Origin: Chiloscyllium plagiosum
Taxonomy: Eukaryota
Assembly (NCBI RefSeq): GCF_004010195.1
Contig: NC_057719.1
Coordinates: 58,898,089 to 58,962,088 of the forward strand
Reading direction: 5' to 3'
Length of the DNA: 64,000 nucleotides
The position numbers and the translations under genes are program-made. The notes under the pieces were generated by a model, which was not told the origin of the DNA, did no database searches, and saw only the letters and a list, made by a program, of their open reading frames with translations. Positions 62,172 through 64,000 of the stretch are shown piece by piece; position 1 is the stretch's first letter; the number at the start of each line of letters is the position of its first letter.

Positions 62172-62360
62172 TTGAAGAGTCCAGAGTATGGAGCTGGAAC
62201 AGCACAGCCAGTCTTGCAGCATCCAAGAAACAGGAGTTTCGATGTTTTGGGCATTCCTGATGAAGGGCTGTAGCCCGAAATATCAACTCTCCAGCTCTTC
62301 AGATGCTGCCTGACCGGCACCACATTCTGATCTCCAACATCTGCAGTCCTCACTTTCTCC
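62172..62360. mobile_element. Palindromic Penelope terminal-repeat remnant
   Basis: Same family and arrangement as 33028-33254. Confidence 0.7.
62253..62288 (+). ncRNA. Minimal hammerhead ribozyme motif, sense to the TTC6 pre-mRNA
   Basis: AUUC-CUGAUGA-A-GGGC(UGUA)GCCC-GAA-AUAU-C-AAC: core and stem II intact, stem I weakened. Confidence 0.55.
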
Positions 62361-63356
62361 AAGTTATCATTGCAGTTAACTCTTGAACTTCAGTGGCACA
62401 CTTGTAAATCCTTTACGGAATTTTGGAAGCTCTTTGGCATTGTCCCATTGGACATGCTGCAGTGGAGCATTGCATTGTACGTTGGGTTTCTCCAGGTGTT
62501 TTGGTTTCTGACACATTTTAGTCCAATTGTCTTGTCGGACATAACTTGCGTATGTCAAGAAATGCTGGACACAGACTTGATGGATGACGCAAGTCACATC
62601 TCATCAAAATTTTGTTGCATTGATCCTGTTGTTAACAGCTGCAATAATTGTTCCAGAGTCATACACCTTCAAATGTTGCTGCCCTGCTACAATTGCTTCT
62701 AACCTGTATCCTTCTTCAAAAAACACATCAATGATATATTCCTTGGGTTTGTCCAGAAGTATCTTTTGGAAGGATTTGATTGGTGTAGAGGCAGTTCCTT
62801 AAGCCCTTTCTTCAGTTTGCTTCTTTGAAATCACATTCTATACCGTATTCAACGGCTATCTTCAAATTATTGAAATGGCTCAACAAGCCACTAAGTTGTA
62901 TCGAACTGCTACAAAGTATAAATAAAGGAAACTCTCTTCCTAATAGCATTGGGGGTGTTCCTACACTCTAGTACTGCCACTGTTCAAGATAGTAGCTCAC
63001 TACACCTTCTCCAGGGCAATTAGTTTCTGGCAGTAAATTCTGATCTAGCCAAGGATGTTAATACACCCCCGAATGAATGAAATAAAGATAGACTGAGGGA
63101 AAGTCAGGTACCTTGATAGTGGAATGTCACACATTGACATGCCATTTAACTCTTTTGAAAGTACATAATACAACACATGGCTTATTAGTTATAATTATTA
63201 TTATAATATGCTATATAATAAGCATGCAGTATTTTAACTTCTTGCGAATAGGTCGATTGTAAAAATGTTACAATGCTTTGGTGCTAATGGATTGTTGTTT
63301 TTACAGTTTCACTCTTTGATATGTATTGTTCATTTCAGAACTTTAAACAAGTACAC

Positions 63357-64000
63357 TGAAATAGCTCCACAGAGATCAGTATCCCATCACCAAGTCATCC
63401 TTTATTGACATGTGGAGAGTCCTTGACACTAATCCAACTTCCTCAGAGCCAGCTCTCAGAGTGAACAAAACTTCTGACACTCCTGTTTATATCTGTCAGC
63501 CAGGGCTCCCTGATTGAGCCAGATTAACAGCCCCTGTAAGGGAACTCATGTTTGATTCTCCATCCCTTCCCCGCTCTGAGTCCAAAGCTATTGGCTGTTC
63601 CTTTTCTGATTGTAGCTCCTCCTGAGGTGTTTTAGCAGAGGGTTAGGTTCCTCCAAGTATGCCTCTGATACAGGCAACATGTAGCTCGCCTCTTCTACCT
63701 GGAGCATCTCGGAAGAAATTCATTTCCCTCTTCAGGTGGCAAAGGCATTGAGGTGGTGATAGCCACCATGTCCATCTCAGATTCTGAAGAATCCTCAATG
63801 CTTGACAGAGGGAGGGAGAATTCGCAGGTTCTGGAACAGTTGGAAAGGCAGTCGTTGAGAAGAGCACATTTTGCTCCCCCACCATTTGCGAGTTTGCAGG
63901 TTTAATATGGTCCATGTGCTTGTTCAGTACCATCGCACCATCTGAACTGTATATGTCACTGGACCTGACTTCATATCAATCATGTCTCTTACCTACGCAG
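63357..64000 (-). mobile_element. Gypsy element 3' end (3' LTR 63357-63562, PPT, integrase C-terminus); runs off the window
   Basis: VLNKHMDHIK is homologous to VLNKHMDHLK at 22.6 kb; the LTR is related to 22113-22284. Confidence 0.8.

Noticed and set aside
61640..62800. Very decayed integrase-like remnant on the minus strand
   Set aside because: Only faint motifs (CTTCQ, QADGPP); insufficient without a profile search.

Overview
Vertebrate genomic DNA, most likely a shark (inferred from the HE1-type SINE, CR1 and Penelope repeat landscape). The window lies inside one + strand gene. Eight internal coding exons (4803-59422; 1013 nt, about 337 aa) splice in frame through GT-AG introns and encode tandem TPR repeats that I recognise as TTC6; both gene ends are outside the window. 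The introns are dense with nested transposable elements: CR1 LINEs (one essentially full length with an SGNH-esterase ORF1), Penelope-like elements with minimal hammerhead-ribozyme motifs in their terminal repeats, tRNA-derived SINEs, two Gypsy LTR elements, decayed PIF/Harbinger elements, a split Rex1/Babar fragment and a TA-flanked MITE. The most notable structure is at 25.5-28.6 kb: about eight Tx1-clade retrotransposon fragments stacked in the 5' LTR of a Gypsy element, with one 19-bp LTR sequence (TAACTTTCTGGTTAATATT, at the TATA-like position) recurring three times as an apparent target-site duplication. This suggests a Tx1 family that specifically targets a Gypsy LTR promoter. Family assignments come from recalled motifs, not database searches, and TE boundaries are approximate.
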